Shown: positions 20,073 through 30,185 of the stretch, one piece after another
How positions within the stretch are numbered: the first letter of the stretch is position 1
Layout: each line of letters begins with the position of its first letter
NCBI GenBank assembly: GCA_965215365.1
Contig: CBDCDS010000003.1
Coordinates: 448,001-512,000, forward strand
Reading direction: 5' to 3'
Origin: Gammaproteobacteria bacterium
GTDB lineage: Bacteria; Pseudomonadota; Gammaproteobacteria; Eutrophobiales; Eutrophobiaceae
Length of the DNA: 64,000 nucleotides
The notes under the pieces: model-generated
What the model saw: only the letters and a program-made list of their open reading frames with translations
Databases searched by the model: none
What the model was told of the DNA's origin: nothing
Made by a program: the position numbers and the translations under genes

Positions 20073-22763
20073 ATGTTCAGAACTTTTTTCACAAAAATTT
20101 TCGGCAGCAGAAACGCCCGCGTCTTAAAGAGGATGCACAAGGCTGTGGCGCGCATCAACGCGCTGGAAGCGGAAATAGCCGCGCTGTCCGACGCAGAGTT
20201 CCCGCACCGGACTGCGCACCTGAAGTCTAGGTTCGAACGCGGCGAGACTCTGGAAGAGCTCCTGCCGGAGGCCTTTGCGCTGGTGCGTGAAGCCGGCAGG
20301 AGAACCCTGAACATGCGCCATTTCGATGTGCAACTGCTGGGCGGGATGGTGCTGCATCAAGGCAACATCGCCGAAATGCGCACCGGTGAGGGCAAGACCC
20401 TGGTGGCAACCTTGCCCGCGTATCTGAATGCCCTCACCGGTGCTGGCGTGCATATCATCACGGTCAACGATTATCTGGCGCAGCGCGATGCACAATGGAT
20501 GGGTGCCATCTACGCGTTCTTAGGAATGACGGTCGGGGTGATTGTATCCGGCCTCAACAACGAGGAGCGCCGGCGCGCATACAGCGCGGATATTACCTAT
20601 GGAACCAACAATGAGTTCGGTTTCGATTATCTGCGCGATAACATGAAGTTCCAACGCGACGATCAGGTACAAGGCAGCCTGAAGTACGCGATAGTGGATG
20701 AAGTTGATTCCATCCTGGTTGACGAAGCGCGCACGCCGCTGATTATCTCCGGCACAGTCGATGACCGTTCCGACCTGTACCTGAGCATGAACAGGATAGT
20801 GCCGCGCCTGACGCTGCAGCAGGATGAAGGCGCTGAGGGTGATTATGTGCTGGACGAAAAGAGCAAGCAGGCCTACTTGACGGAAACGGGGCACGACCGG
20901 GTGGAACAGCTGTTGCTGGAGCACAAGATCATGCAGCCCGGCATGAGCTTGTACGATCCGGTAAATATCCCTATCCTGCATCATCTGAACGCGGCGCTGC
21001 GCGCCCACGCCCTGTTCCACAACGATGTGGATTATATTGTGCAGAATAATGAAGTGGTGATTGTCGATGAGTTCACCGGCAGGACTATGCCGGGGCGGCG
21101 CTGGTCTGACGGTTTGCACCAGGCTATCGAGGCCAAGGAAAATGTCACCATTCAGAATGAAAACCAGACCCTGGCCACCATCACCTACCAGAATTATTTC
21201 CGCCTCTATGAAAAGCTGGCCGGCATGACCGGCACCGCAGACACCGAGGCGTATGAGTTTCAGCAGATCTACGGCCTGGAAGTGGTGGTGGCGCCCACGC
21301 ACCTGCCCATGATCAGGGATGACCAGGCGGACATGATCTACCTGAGCGCGCGCGAGAAGTTCAGTGCCATCATCGACGATATCAAGTCCTGCCAGACGCA
21401 GGGGCAACCGGTGCTGGTCGGCACCGTGTCCATAGAAGTATCGGAGTACCTGTCCGGCCAGTTGCAAAAGCAGAAGATCAAACACCAGGTGTTGAACGCC
21501 AAGTACCATGAAAAAGAAGCCGAAATCATCGCTCAGGCCGGTCGTCCGGGTACGGTGACAATTGCCACAAATATGGCCGGACGCGGCACTGACATCGTAC
21601 TGGGCGGCAACCTGGACGCAGAGCTCAAGAGCTTAGGAGAGGTTGACGCAGCGACGCTGGAACAGGCGCGCGCGGCGTGGCAGACGCGCCATGACCAGGT
21701 GGTCGGCGTCGGCGGGTTGCGCATTATCGGCACTGAACGGCATGAATCCAGGCGTATCGACAACCAGTTGCGGGGGCGTGCGGGACGCCAGGGCGACCCG
21801 GGTTCAAGCCGGTTCTATATCTCGCTGGAGGATGACCTGATGCGTATTTTTGCATCGGAACGGGTGTCGGCCATTATGCAGAAACTGGGCATGGAAGAGG
21901 GAGAGGCCATCGAATCCAACCTGGTGACCCGGGCCATAGAAAACGCGCAACGAAAAGTGGAAGCCCACAACTTCGATATTCGTAAGCATTTGCTGGAATA
22001 TGACGATGTCGCCAACGACCAGCGCAAGGTCATTTATGAATGGCGCAAGGAGCTGCTGGGCGGGGATGACATCTCCACGGATATCCTTACCATGCGCGCA
22101 GATGTTATCAAAGGTATTTTTACAACCCACATTCCTCCCGGCAGTGTGGAGGAGCTGTGGAATGTCGCAGACTTAACGGAGGCGCTCAGCAATGAATTGA
22201 ACGTGCAGCTGCCGTTGCAAGAGTGGTTGGACCAGGACGACAACTTGGATGAGGAGGCGTTGCTGGCAAAGGTTACTGCAAACGTGGCCGCTGAGGTGGA
22301 ACACAAGCATCACGCGCTGCCGGAAGAAATGGTGCGCCGGGTGGAAAAAGGGCTGATGCTCGATACCCTGGACCGGCATTGGAAAGAGCATCTGGTGGCC
22401 ATGGACCACCTGCGCCAGGGCATCGGGCTGCGCGGTTACGCAGCCCGGAATCCCAAGCAGGAATACAAAAAAGAGGCCTTCGCCATGTTTAGCGCGATGC
22501 TGGAAAATATCAAGTACGATGTTGTGACCCTGCTCGCCAAGATACAGCTCCGGGAAGGGCAGGAGGCGCAACTGTTGCCGCGCCGCGCCCAGCCTGCGGC
22601 CATGCAATTCAATCATCCGGCCGCGCCCGACACTCTGGGCAAACGGGAACAGCCGCCTCAACAAAAGCCGTTTATCCGTGAGCAGAGAAAGATCGGCCGC
22701 AATGAGCCCTGTCCGTGCGGTTCCGGGAAGAAATACAAACTTTGTCATGGCAAGCTGAGTTAG
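20073..22763 (+). CDS. secA: Preprotein translocase ATPase SecA
   Basis: [29 protein letters not shown]-terminal [10 protein letters not shown]. Confidence 0.98.
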   Translation: MFRTFFTKIFGSRNARVLKRMHKAVARINALEAEIAALSDAEFPHRTAHLKSRFERGETLEELLPEAFALVREAGRRTLNMRHFDVQLLGGMVLHQGNIAEMRTGEGKTLVATLPAYLNALTGAGVHIITVNDYLAQRDAQWMGAIYAFLGMTVGVIVSGLNNEERRRAYSADITYGTNNEFGFDYLRDNMKFQRDDQVQGSLKYAIVDEVDSILVDEARTPLIISGTVDDRSDLYLSMNRIVPRLTLQQDEGAEGDYVLDEKSKQAYLTETGHDRVEQLLLEHKIMQPGMSLYDPVNIPILHHLNAALRAHALFHNDVDYIVQNNEVVIVDEFTGRTMPGRRWSDGLHQAIEAKENVTIQNENQTLATITYQNYFRLYEKLAGMTGTADTEAYEFQQIYGLEVVVAPTHLPMIRDDQADMIYLSAREKFSAIIDDIKSCQTQGQPVLVGTVSIEVSEYLSGQLQKQKIKHQVLNAKYHEKEAEIIAQAGRPGTVTIATNMAGRGTDIVLGGNLDAELKSLGEVDAATLEQARAAWQTRHDQVVGVGGLRIIGTERHESRRIDNQLRGRAGRQGDPGSSRFYISLEDDLMRIFASERVSAIMQKLGMEEGEAIESNLVTRAIENAQRKVEAHNFDIRKHLLEYDDVANDQRKVIYEWRKELLGGDDISTDILTMRADVIKGIFTTHIPPGSVEELWNVADLTEALSNELNVQLPLQEWLDQDDNLDEEALLAKVTANVAAEVEHKHHALPEEMVRRVEKGLMLDTLDRHWKEHLVAMDHLRQGIGLRGYAARNPKQEYKKEAFAMFSAMLENIKYDVVTLLAKIQLREGQEAQLLPRRAQPAAMQFNHPAAPDTLGKREQPPQQKPFIREQRKIGRNEPCPCGSGKKYKLCHGKLS

Positions 22764-22794
22764 CTTTGCACGAGTACCAGGAAGCGAAATCAAT

Positions 22795-24000
22795 TTGAAC
22801 AAAGCTCTGTATCCTGTTAACGGTATCCGGCTGGCCGCGGCTTCGGCGGGTAGCTACGGCCAGGTGCGTGATGATCTGGCCCTGTTCGAGCTCTGTGACG
22901 GCGCTCGCCTCAGCGCAGTGTTTACCCGCAACCGGTTTTGCGCGGCGCCGGTGAGGGTTGCCAGAGAGCATCTGCGCCAGCGGGCGGCGCGTTACCTGCT
23001 GGTGAACGCCGGTAATGCCAATGCCGGCACCGGCGCCCGAGGGGTTACCGATGCCGTGCAGGTGTGCCGCGCACTGGCGTCTTGCGCCGGGTCTGAGCCG
23101 GAGGCAGTGTTGCCGTTTTCCACCGGGGTGATCGGGGAGTATCTGCCGGTCGATAAAATCTGTCGGGCGCTGCCGACTTTGCTCGACAAACTGACCGCTG
23201 AGGCCTGGCACGACTGCGCCCGGGCCATCATGACTACCGATACGCGCCCCAAGGCGCGCTCAGTACAGTTCAACCTTGACGGTAATACGGCGACCGTAAC
23301 CGGCATCGCCAAAGGCGCCGGGATGATCAAACCGGATATGGCCACCATGCTGGCGTTTATCGCCACGGACGCGGCGTTGCAGCAACCGGTGCTGGAGCGC
23401 ATTCTGGCCGCGGCCGTGCAGCAGTCATTCAACCGCATCTGTGTGGACGGCGACACCTCCACCAATGACGCCTGTGTACTGGTAGCCACCGGTCAGGGGC
23501 AGGCCGGCCACCCACCCATCACCGAACACAGCCCGGCTTACCAACAACTGCAGCAGCAGGTCACGGCGCTCTGTATCGGTCTGGCCCAGGATCTTGTTCG
23601 GGATGCCGAGGGCGCGACAAAATTCGTCACCGTCCAGGTGGATAATGCCGCCAGTGCAGCTGACTGCGACGCGCTGGCGGCAGCCATAACCACCTCGCCA
23701 CTGGTCAAAACTGCGCTCTACGCAAGCGACCCCAACTGGGGCAGGATCCTGGCTGCGTTGGGCCGCAGCAAAGCCGCCAGACTGGATATCAACAAGGTGT
23801 CCATATACTTGAACCAGGTGTGTATCGTAACCAACGGTGCCAGGGCCGCAGACTATACCGAGGAGCAAGGTGCCGCCGCCATGCAGCAGGAAGAAATCGA
23901 TATTCGCATCGACTTAAATCAGGGCGTTGCCAGCGCCTGCTACTGGACCTGTGACTTGTCCCATGATTACGTCACCATTAACGCAGAGTACCGGACCTGA
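22795..24000 (+). CDS. argJ: Bifunctional ornithine acetyltransferase
   Basis: IMTTDT, KGAGMIKPDMATML, DGDTSTND. Confidence 0.96.
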   Translation: MNKALYPVNGIRLAAASAGSYGQVRDDLALFELCDGARLSAVFTRNRFCAAPVRVAREHLRQRAARYLLVNAGNANAGTGARGVTDAVQVCRALASCAGSEPEAVLPFSTGVIGEYLPVDKICRALPTLLDKLTAEAWHDCARAIMTTDTRPKARSVQFNLDGNTATVTGIAKGAGMIKPDMATMLAFIATDAALQQPVLERILAAAVQQSFNRICVDGDTSTNDACVLVATGQGQAGHPPITEHSPAYQQLQQQVTALCIGLAQDLVRDAEGATKFVTVQVDNAASAADCDALAAAITTSPLVKTALYASDPNWGRILAALGRSKAARLDINKVSIYLNQVCIVTNGARAADYTEEQGAAAMQQEEIDIRIDLNQGVASACYWTCDLSHDYVTINAEYRT

Positions 24001-24022
24001 GGGCGGCTAACCCGCCAGGCCG

Positions 24023-25000
24023 ATGGGTAGCAGACAGCAGGTTGTGCTGGGTGTCATCTGCGACCCCAGCGGCAGCAAGGCGCTGGTCGCCCGGCGCGCG
24101 CCGGGTTCGCATCTTGGCGGTTTTTGGGAATTCCCCGGCGGCAAGGTGCGGCCCGGCGAAGCTGCGCTGGCAGCCCTCAAGCGCGAACTTCATGAAGAGG
24201 TGAATATAGAGGTTGGCGGCTGCACCCCGCTGCTCTCGTTCGATTACGACTACCCGGACCGGTCATTGCACTTCAAGGTATGGAAGATCCACGACTGGGC
24301 CGGCGCCGCAACCGGCAAGGCAGGACAGGAAACTCGCTGGCTGGACCTCTCGGCGCTATCGGTGCGGGATTTTCCTCCTGCCAACAGAGGCATTATCAAC
24401 GCCTGCCGGCTACCGCCGCTGTATCTTATCACCCCGCCCCTGCAGCGTGACCCGGCGGCTGCTGTAAAGCAGTTGCAGGAATATCTGGCCGCTGGCGTAA
24501 AACTGGTGCAATTCAGGAGTAAAACAGCGCCTCACCCCGACTCCGCGCTGGCGCAAATGATCGACGCGTGCACCAGCGCCGGCGCTGAGTTGCTGGTCAA
24601 TGCCACCCCGGAGTTGGCCCTGCGCGCCGGTGCGGCCGGCGTCCACCTCAACAGTCAGCGCCTGCGGCAAACCTTAACACGCCCGCTGCCTGCCGCGTCC
24701 TGGGTTGCCGCCTCCTGCCACGACCTTGACGAATTGCGTCATGCGGCACTAATCGGCGTTGACTTCTGTGTGCTGTCCCCGGTGCGCAAGCCCACCGGCA
24801 AGGACGGCATGGCGCTGGGCTGGGAGCGGTTTTCCGACCTGGTCGGCAAGTTGCCGATACCCGTTTATGCGCTGGGTGGAATGAAGCTGTCCGACCTCGA
24901 GCAGGCCCGACAATACGGCGCCCAGGGCATCGCCTTGATCAGCGACGTTTGGAGCCGGGCGGATGCTGCCGCAAGGCTTGGCCGGTTACACCTCGGTTAA
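24023..25000 (+). CDS. mutT: Nudix (MutT) / thiamine-phosphate-synthase-like fusion
   Basis: WEFPGGK...ALKRELHEEV Nudix box plus a ThiE-like barrel, secA-argJ-mutT synteny. Confidence 0.88.
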   Translation: MGSRQQVVLGVICDPSGSKALVARRAPGSHLGGFWEFPGGKVRPGEAALAALKRELHEEVNIEVGGCTPLLSFDYDYPDRSLHFKVWKIHDWAGAATGKAGQETRWLDLSALSVRDFPPANRGIINACRLPPLYLITPPLQRDPAAAVKQLQEYLAAGVKLVQFRSKTAPHPDSALAQMIDACTSAGAELLVNATPELALRAGAAGVHLNSQRLRQTLTRPLPAASWVAASCHDLDELRHAALIGVDFCVLSPVRKPTGKDGMALGWERFSDLVGKLPIPVYALGGMKLSDLEQARQYGAQGIALISDVWSRADAAARLGRLHLG

Positions 25001-25041
25001 CCCGCAGAGCTCACCAAGTCGCTTGTTGCCTTATGAAACAT
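24998..25041. mobile_element. MITE family A left end, overlapping the mutT TAA stop
   Basis: TAACCCGCAGAGCTCACCAAGTCGCTTGTTGCCTTATGAAACA. Confidence 0.75.
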
Positions 25042-25137
25042 TTTTGCTATCAAAAAGTTAGGAGCATAGTGATACCTGAGGCTGTCTGGACACTGTTTCT
25101 GGTTGGCGAGCCAGTGATATATTCCAGAAACGTGCTT

Positions 25138-25240
25138 GAGTAGCGTTTTACAAGATCAAACATCGTGACTATAATCTATCGTTAGAATAGCATTTTACAA
25201 GATCAAACATCGTGACTATAATCAACCGTTGAGTAGCGTT
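25138..25240 (+). promoter_or_regulatory. Tandemly duplicated (47-bp) sigma70 promoter
   Basis: TTTACA-17 bp-TATAAT at 25147-25175 and again at 25194-25222. Confidence 0.8.
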
Positions 25241-25243
25241 AAG

Positions 25244-25750
25244 ATGAACAAACAGCAAATTTTACTGAAATTGGACCTCGAGCCCATCATCATCAAGGCC
25301 ATGGACGAGGATGAGGGTAGCGGATGGTCTCTTGGCCTTGCTTGTCGTATTGCGGAAGAATACCGTAAGTTTCTTATTCTCTGTTTTGAGAATCCGGATG
25401 AACCCGTTGTCCCTTCCAGTTTTGTCGATGACTTCTGGCACCTGCATATACTTGATACACAAAAGTACATGGAGGACTGCCACCAATATCTTGGTTACAT
25501 GCTGCATCACTTTCCTTATTTCGGGATGAGGGGCGAGGAAGATGCGAAAAATCTACGACAAGCATGGGAGAAAACGCTGGAGTTATATGAATCAACATTC
25601 GGTAAATCCGCGCCTTCCGATCTATGGCCTAAGTCCAATCGTTGTCCTAACTGCGGACGTCGTTCCAGCAGAGGAGACAGTGGGCACATAAACCGGCCTG
25701 TTTTTGATGAGAGAAGACCCAAGTTGGTTGATATGGGGCTTGTCATCTAG
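25244..25750 (+). CDS. Glycine-rich-domain-containing-protein (GRDP)-like hypothetical protein
   Basis: EEYRKFL...VPSSFVDDFWHLHILDTQKY...HHFPY motif, CxxC near the C-terminus, low GC. Confidence 0.7.
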   Translation: MNKQQILLKLDLEPIIIKAMDEDEGSGWSLGLACRIAEEYRKFLILCFENPDEPVVPSSFVDDFWHLHILDTQKYMEDCHQYLGYMLHHFPYFGMRGEEDAKNLRQAWEKTLELYESTFGKSAPSDLWPKSNRCPNCGRRSSRGDSGHINRPVFDERRPKLVDMGLVI

Positions 25751-25769
25751 TTGTATGTTTTTGTAGGCT

Positions 25770-26033
25770 ATTTTTTCAGTAGTAGTATCCTCATATATAT
25801 TTAGCGCTGATTTCAGTAACACCAAGCTTTCAAGAGTCAATTTTTCCGATAGTGTTTTGATCAATTGTGTTTTTGACAAGACAGATTTATCAGAATCCAA
25901 TTTTGTCGCGTCCAATCTGAAAGAATCATCCATCACTCAAGAACAGGTCAATAGAATAGGAGATACCAATCTCAAAGACGCTGTTCTGCCTGAGGGCTTA
26001 TCGCTGGCGAATAGAGAAGCCAACTCCAGCTGA
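25770..26033 (+). pseudogene. Pentapeptide-repeat protein 3' remnant
   Basis: Reads ADFSNTKLSRVNFSDSVLINCVFDKTDLSESNFVASNLKES...*, with an upstream in-frame stop and no obvious start. Confidence 0.6.
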
Positions 26034-26074
26034 AACAAGATACACAAGTTCCAGTGAAAGCCACCCAATCACCA

Positions 26075-26107
26075 TAAGGCCACCTCTAATTAATAGAGGT
26101 GGCCTTA
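26075..26107. repeat. Palindrome (collapsed family-B IS-end pair, possible bidirectional terminator)
   Basis: TAAGGCCACCTCTA-ATTAA-TAGAGGTGGCCTTA between convergent genes. Confidence 0.7.
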
Positions 26108-26126
26108 ATACCAACTGACTTACCAG

Positions 26127-26849
26127 TCAGAACGCCAACCCGGTTCCGAGATCGAGGCCCAGCAATGCTGCCGCGCTGCCGCCGTTCACGGCAATCTCCA
26201 CCAGCCTTTGAGAGTTGCAATACCAAAAGGCTGTACCCGGCGGGACGGATGAAAAAGTGTGTGCGTGGGAAACCGTAAAACCGTTCACTCGTATTACCCT
26301 GTTATGTTCCGGTATCTCAGCCCTGATCCCGGTCATGCAGTTGCCGAAGTGGTCGATGTAGATAATCTCCGCAAGGTCGTCCGGCCAGTCGTGCCGGTCT
26401 TTCCAGAGTGTTTTCACACCGGGTATCTCATTGCTGCTGAGTCTGGCCGCGATCGGGGCGTACAAATCGCGGCCGTGGAAGCTGGCAGATAACGTTTGCG
26501 GTTCACAGTCAACATGCCAGCATTGCACCCCGGGACTACGCCGGCAGACGATGTCGAACAGGCCGTTGTCCGGTCCGACGTACCATTGTCCGTCCGCGCT
26601 GATGATGACGGGCTGATGCTGAAAATTACCGACGCCAGGATCTACCACGGCAAAGAAGATCGTCCCCGGCGGTGCCTCACAGGCGCGGCTGCACGAAGCC
26701 AGCAGGTACGCTGCGGCCCTGGGATCGTTACGGGGTGCATCAGCCAGTAGATTGATAACTTTCTCGCCCGGTGCCAACCGGTGCAACACCGCCTGCACCT
26801 GCCCCAGATAAGGCCCCGCCCAACCGTAATCGGTAAACAGCGCGATCAT
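26127..26849 (-). CDS. SAM-dependent chlorinase/fluorinase / SAM hydroxide adenosyltransferase (DUF62)
   Basis: IALFTDYG, VVDPGVG, VGPDNG, SFHGRDLYAP, IDHFGNC. Confidence 0.9.
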   Translation of the reverse strand: MIALFTDYGWAGPYLGQVQAVLHRLAPGEKVINLLADAPRNDPRAAAYLLASCSRACEAPPGTIFFAVVDPGVGNFQHQPVIISADGQWYVGPDNGLFDIVCRRSPGVQCWHVDCEPQTLSASFHGRDLYAPIAARLSSNEIPGVKTLWKDRHDWPDDLAEIIYIDHFGNCMTGIRAEIPEHNRVIRVNGFTVSHAHTFSSVPPGTAFWYCNSQRLVEIAVNGGSAAALLGLDLGTGLAF

Positions 26850-26889
26850 GCTGCAATGATAGCATGAGCGGATTTGGGAATTTACACGT

Positions 26890-29583
26890 GCTTCAATGAG
26901 GCCGCAGCATCGATGCTGCGGAATATGCAAGGAGATTATCTGCGACACTGACGCGCTGCTAGTGCTTCAATGAGGCCGCAGCATCGATGCTGCGGAATAT
27001 GTCCAGTACGACAGACAAGCAGACTTTCAAAGATTCTGCTTCAATGAGGCCGCAGCATCGATGCTGCGGAATATGCCGGGGATAGAGGGATCACGCCAAA
27101 GGCCAGTGTAGCTTCAATGAGGCCGCAGCATCGATGCTGCGGAATATGGGCTTTCGGCGATTTGTCTGGTGCGGATATTATATGCTTCAATGAGGCCGCA
27201 GCATCGATGCTGCGGAATATCAGGCCTGTACATTGCACGATGCAAGAGAACCGCAGCTTCAATGAGGCCGCAGCATCGATGCTGCGGAATATGTGGCAAT
27301 GAGCGTGGAGATGATGATTAAAAAGATATGCTTCAATGAGGCCGCAGCATCGATGCTGCGGAATATGAAGTAGCTTATGTTAAAGGTAAGTTGGACGGGG
27401 TACTTGCTTCAATGAGGCCGCAGCATCGATGCTGCGGAATATTCCACTCTGGCGAAACGCTGGTTACATGCGCATATGGCTTCAATGAGGCCGCAGCATC
27501 GATGCTGCGGAATATCACAAATAACAGCAATATCCGGTCAGCGATGCCGGGTTGCTTCAATGAGGCCGCAGCATCGATGCTGCGGAATATTTTACCGCTG
27601 ATCCCCTGACCGAGTCACAGCGGAACGCTTCAATGAGGCCGCAGCATCGATGCTGCGGAATATCAGTCATGGCAGTCTCTCAGAGTTAGCTCCTGGCAAG
27701 CTTCAATGAGGCCGCAGCATCGATGCTGCGGAATATATATTTTACGCCTAAGTTTCGCGCCAAAACAAAATCGGCTTCAATGAGGCCGCAGCATCGATGC
27801 TGCGGAATATCACATCGACTGGCTGAACCGTTGGATCGTTCGTGGGCTTCAATGAGGCCGCAGCATCGATGCTGCGGAATATAACTGCTAATCTCATCAT
27901 GCGCGTTAAGCACTTCGCCGCTTCAATGAGGCCGCAGCATCGATGCTGCGGAATATATGCGCCGGATAGCGATGATAATGCACCGACCGATCCGCTTCAA
28001 TGAGGCCGCAGCATCGATGCTGCGGAATATGACGCTGACCTAGCCGGCGCCAACTTGGTCGGCGCGCTTCAATGAGGCCGCAGCATCGATGCTGCGGAAT
28101 ATCAGCGCGACTCGGCTAGCGAGTAATCGAATCCAGCGCTGCTTCAATGAGGCCGCAGCATCGATGCTGCGGAATATAACAGTAGTTCTGGATTATGTTT
28201 TTTTTACTTATAAGCTTCAATGAGGCCGCAGCATCGATGCTGCGGAATATGCTGCGATCATTGAGGACGGCGCCTCAGTTGATCGGCTTCAATGAGGCCG
28301 CAGCATCGATGCTGCGGAATATACGTCAAAGTAACAGTCACGATTAATCACCGTCCACTTGCTTCAATGAGGCCGCAGCATCGATGCTGCGGAATATTCC
28401 GAGGCCGGGGGATCTGGTCTATTACGACCGCACGCTTCAATGAGGCCGCAGCATCGATGCTGCGGAATATGTCCGACAGGCAAATCGGCGCCGACAAAAG
28501 CAGGCAGCTTCAATGAGGCCGCAGCATCGATGCTGCGGAATATGAAGTGATGCCCCGAATCTTCGTAAGTGATTTTTATAGCTTCAATGAGGCCGCAGCA
28601 TCGATGCTGCGGAATATAGTCGCGGACTGGCTAGCAGGACTTGGCGTTACGGATGCTTCAATGAGGCCGCAGCATCGATGCTGCGGAATATCATCGCTTT
28701 CAACACGCTCCGTCGTCGGCTTAAATTGCTTCAATGAGGCCGCAGCATCGATGCTGCGGAATATCCTGAATTGCCCGCCTGACGTGCCTTACACTGCCAC
28801 AGCTTCAATGAGGCCGCAGCATCGATGCTGCGGAATATGTCAGCAGACCGATTAATTTTGACAATCCTGAAAACGCTTCAATGAGGCCGCAGCATCGATG
28901 CTGCGGAATATCTATCGCGCGCAACAATCCGCCAATATCGCCAGGACCGGCTTCAATGAGGCCGCAGCATCGATGCTGCGGAATATGTGTAACTGGTTTA
29001 TCAGCGCTACCCATCCGGGTCCGCCGCTTCAATGAGGCCGCAGCATCGATGCTGCGGAATATTTGGTGCCATGATGGAATGTGTCAGGATGGAAGGTGCG
29101 CTTCAATGAGGCCGCAGCATCGATGCTGCGGAATATAACAGCAAGCCATCGAATTACAAGAACCCGTAACCCGCGCTTCAATGAGGCCGCAGCATCGATG
29201 CTGCGGAATATCGGCGTTCCGCGCTGAATCTTGTTTAGCCATACTCTCATGCTTCAATGAGGCCGCAGCATCGATGCTGCGGAATATACCATTACGGGAG
29301 CTGCATTCACTTGCACCGTTTCCGAGCTTCAATGAGGCCGCAGCATCGATGCTGCGGAATATACTCCACAGCAGCCCCGGCAACCACCCAGTAGGTGCCG
29401 CTTCAATGAGGCCGCAGCATCGATGCTGCGGAATATCCGAGATAAGCGCACTGTCATAGTCGGGAATCTCAAGCTTCAATGAGGCCGCAGCATCGATGCT
29501 GCGGAATATAAGGCGCCAATCTGAGCGGCGCCGACCTGAGCGCCGCGCTTCAATGAGGCCGCAGCATCGATGCTGCGGAATAT
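26890..29583 (-). CRISPR. Type I-G CRISPR array, 37 repeats and 36 spacers
   Basis: 37-nt repeat ATATTCCGCAGCATCGATGCTGCGGCCTCATTGAAGC (minus strand), spacers 35-39 nt, leader on the cas2 side. Confidence 0.99.
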
Positions 29584-29787
29584 ACGCTGTTCATAACCTG
29601 TTGATTCACAAAAGGTATGGAGTACCATTTCGAGAGGTTTCGATAAATCATAAACCGGCTCCGTTACAGCTCTGTCCCAAGCGGATGTTATTGCTTATAA
29701 GCATTTATTGTTAAAGAACATTTTACCATTCGAGAACTGCCCGGGGAAGCGGTGACCACTCCAGCACTCGTTCGGCGCAGGCGGCGT
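29584..29787 (-). promoter_or_regulatory. CRISPR leader with IHF site
   Basis: AT-rich. AATCAACAGGTTA (minus strand, 29594-29606) matches WATCAANNNNTTR. ATTTCGAGA/ATTCGAGA repeated. Confidence 0.8.
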
Positions 29788-30078
29788 TCAGACAACGATG
29801 GGTTCTTTCTGCACCGCTTGAAACTCCTTGCCCAGACTTACAACCTTGGGCTTCACCATATCCGCCTGACCCAGGTCCACAAGTATAACATGGTCTTCCT
29901 TATGGTGGATTATTTCATCCAGCGTGGCGACCAGTTCTGCATGACGCAAGCGCGACAGCCGGCATTGGAAGACGGAAAGCTGCAACCATTCTCCGTAGCC
30001 GTGCAGCAGCCTGAATATCTTGCGCCATCTTTTCTGGTCGGCAATGTCGTAGGCGATGATGTATAAATGTTCATCCAC
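29788..30078 (-). CDS. cas2: CRISPR-associated endoribonuclease Cas2
   Basis: [13 protein letters not shown]...[11 protein letters not shown]. Confidence 0.96.
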   Translation of the reverse strand: MDEHLYIIAYDIADQKRWRKIFRLLHGYGEWLQLSVFQCRLSRLRHAELVATLDEIIHHKEDHVILVDLGQADMVKPKVVSLGKEFQAVQKEPIVV

Positions 30079-30083
30079 GATGC

Positions 30084-30185
30084 TAACCCGCAGATCTCAC
30101 CAAGTCGCTTGTTGCCTTGTGAAACATGATGGTTCTCAATAGGTCCGGCGCGATCTTCGCATCACTGGGTGAGATCTGCGGGCTA
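30084..30185. mobile_element. MITE family A, complete copy between cas1 and cas2
   Basis: TAACCCGCAGATCTCACC...GGTGAGATCTGCGGGCTA. The right end overlaps the cas1 stop. Confidence 0.85.

Noticed and set aside
25770-26033. Pentapeptide remnant as a self-target of the two pentapeptide spacers
   Set aside because: There is no nucleotide match: the remnant is AT-rich and the spacers are GC-rich.
26127-26849. Halogenase-based biosynthetic cluster
   Set aside because: There are no neighbouring biosynthetic genes, and most DUF62 members are SAM hydrolases.
26850-29714. Many short ORFs across the array and the 5' extension of the DUF62 ORF to 26948
   Set aside because: These are artefacts of CRISPR repeat translation.
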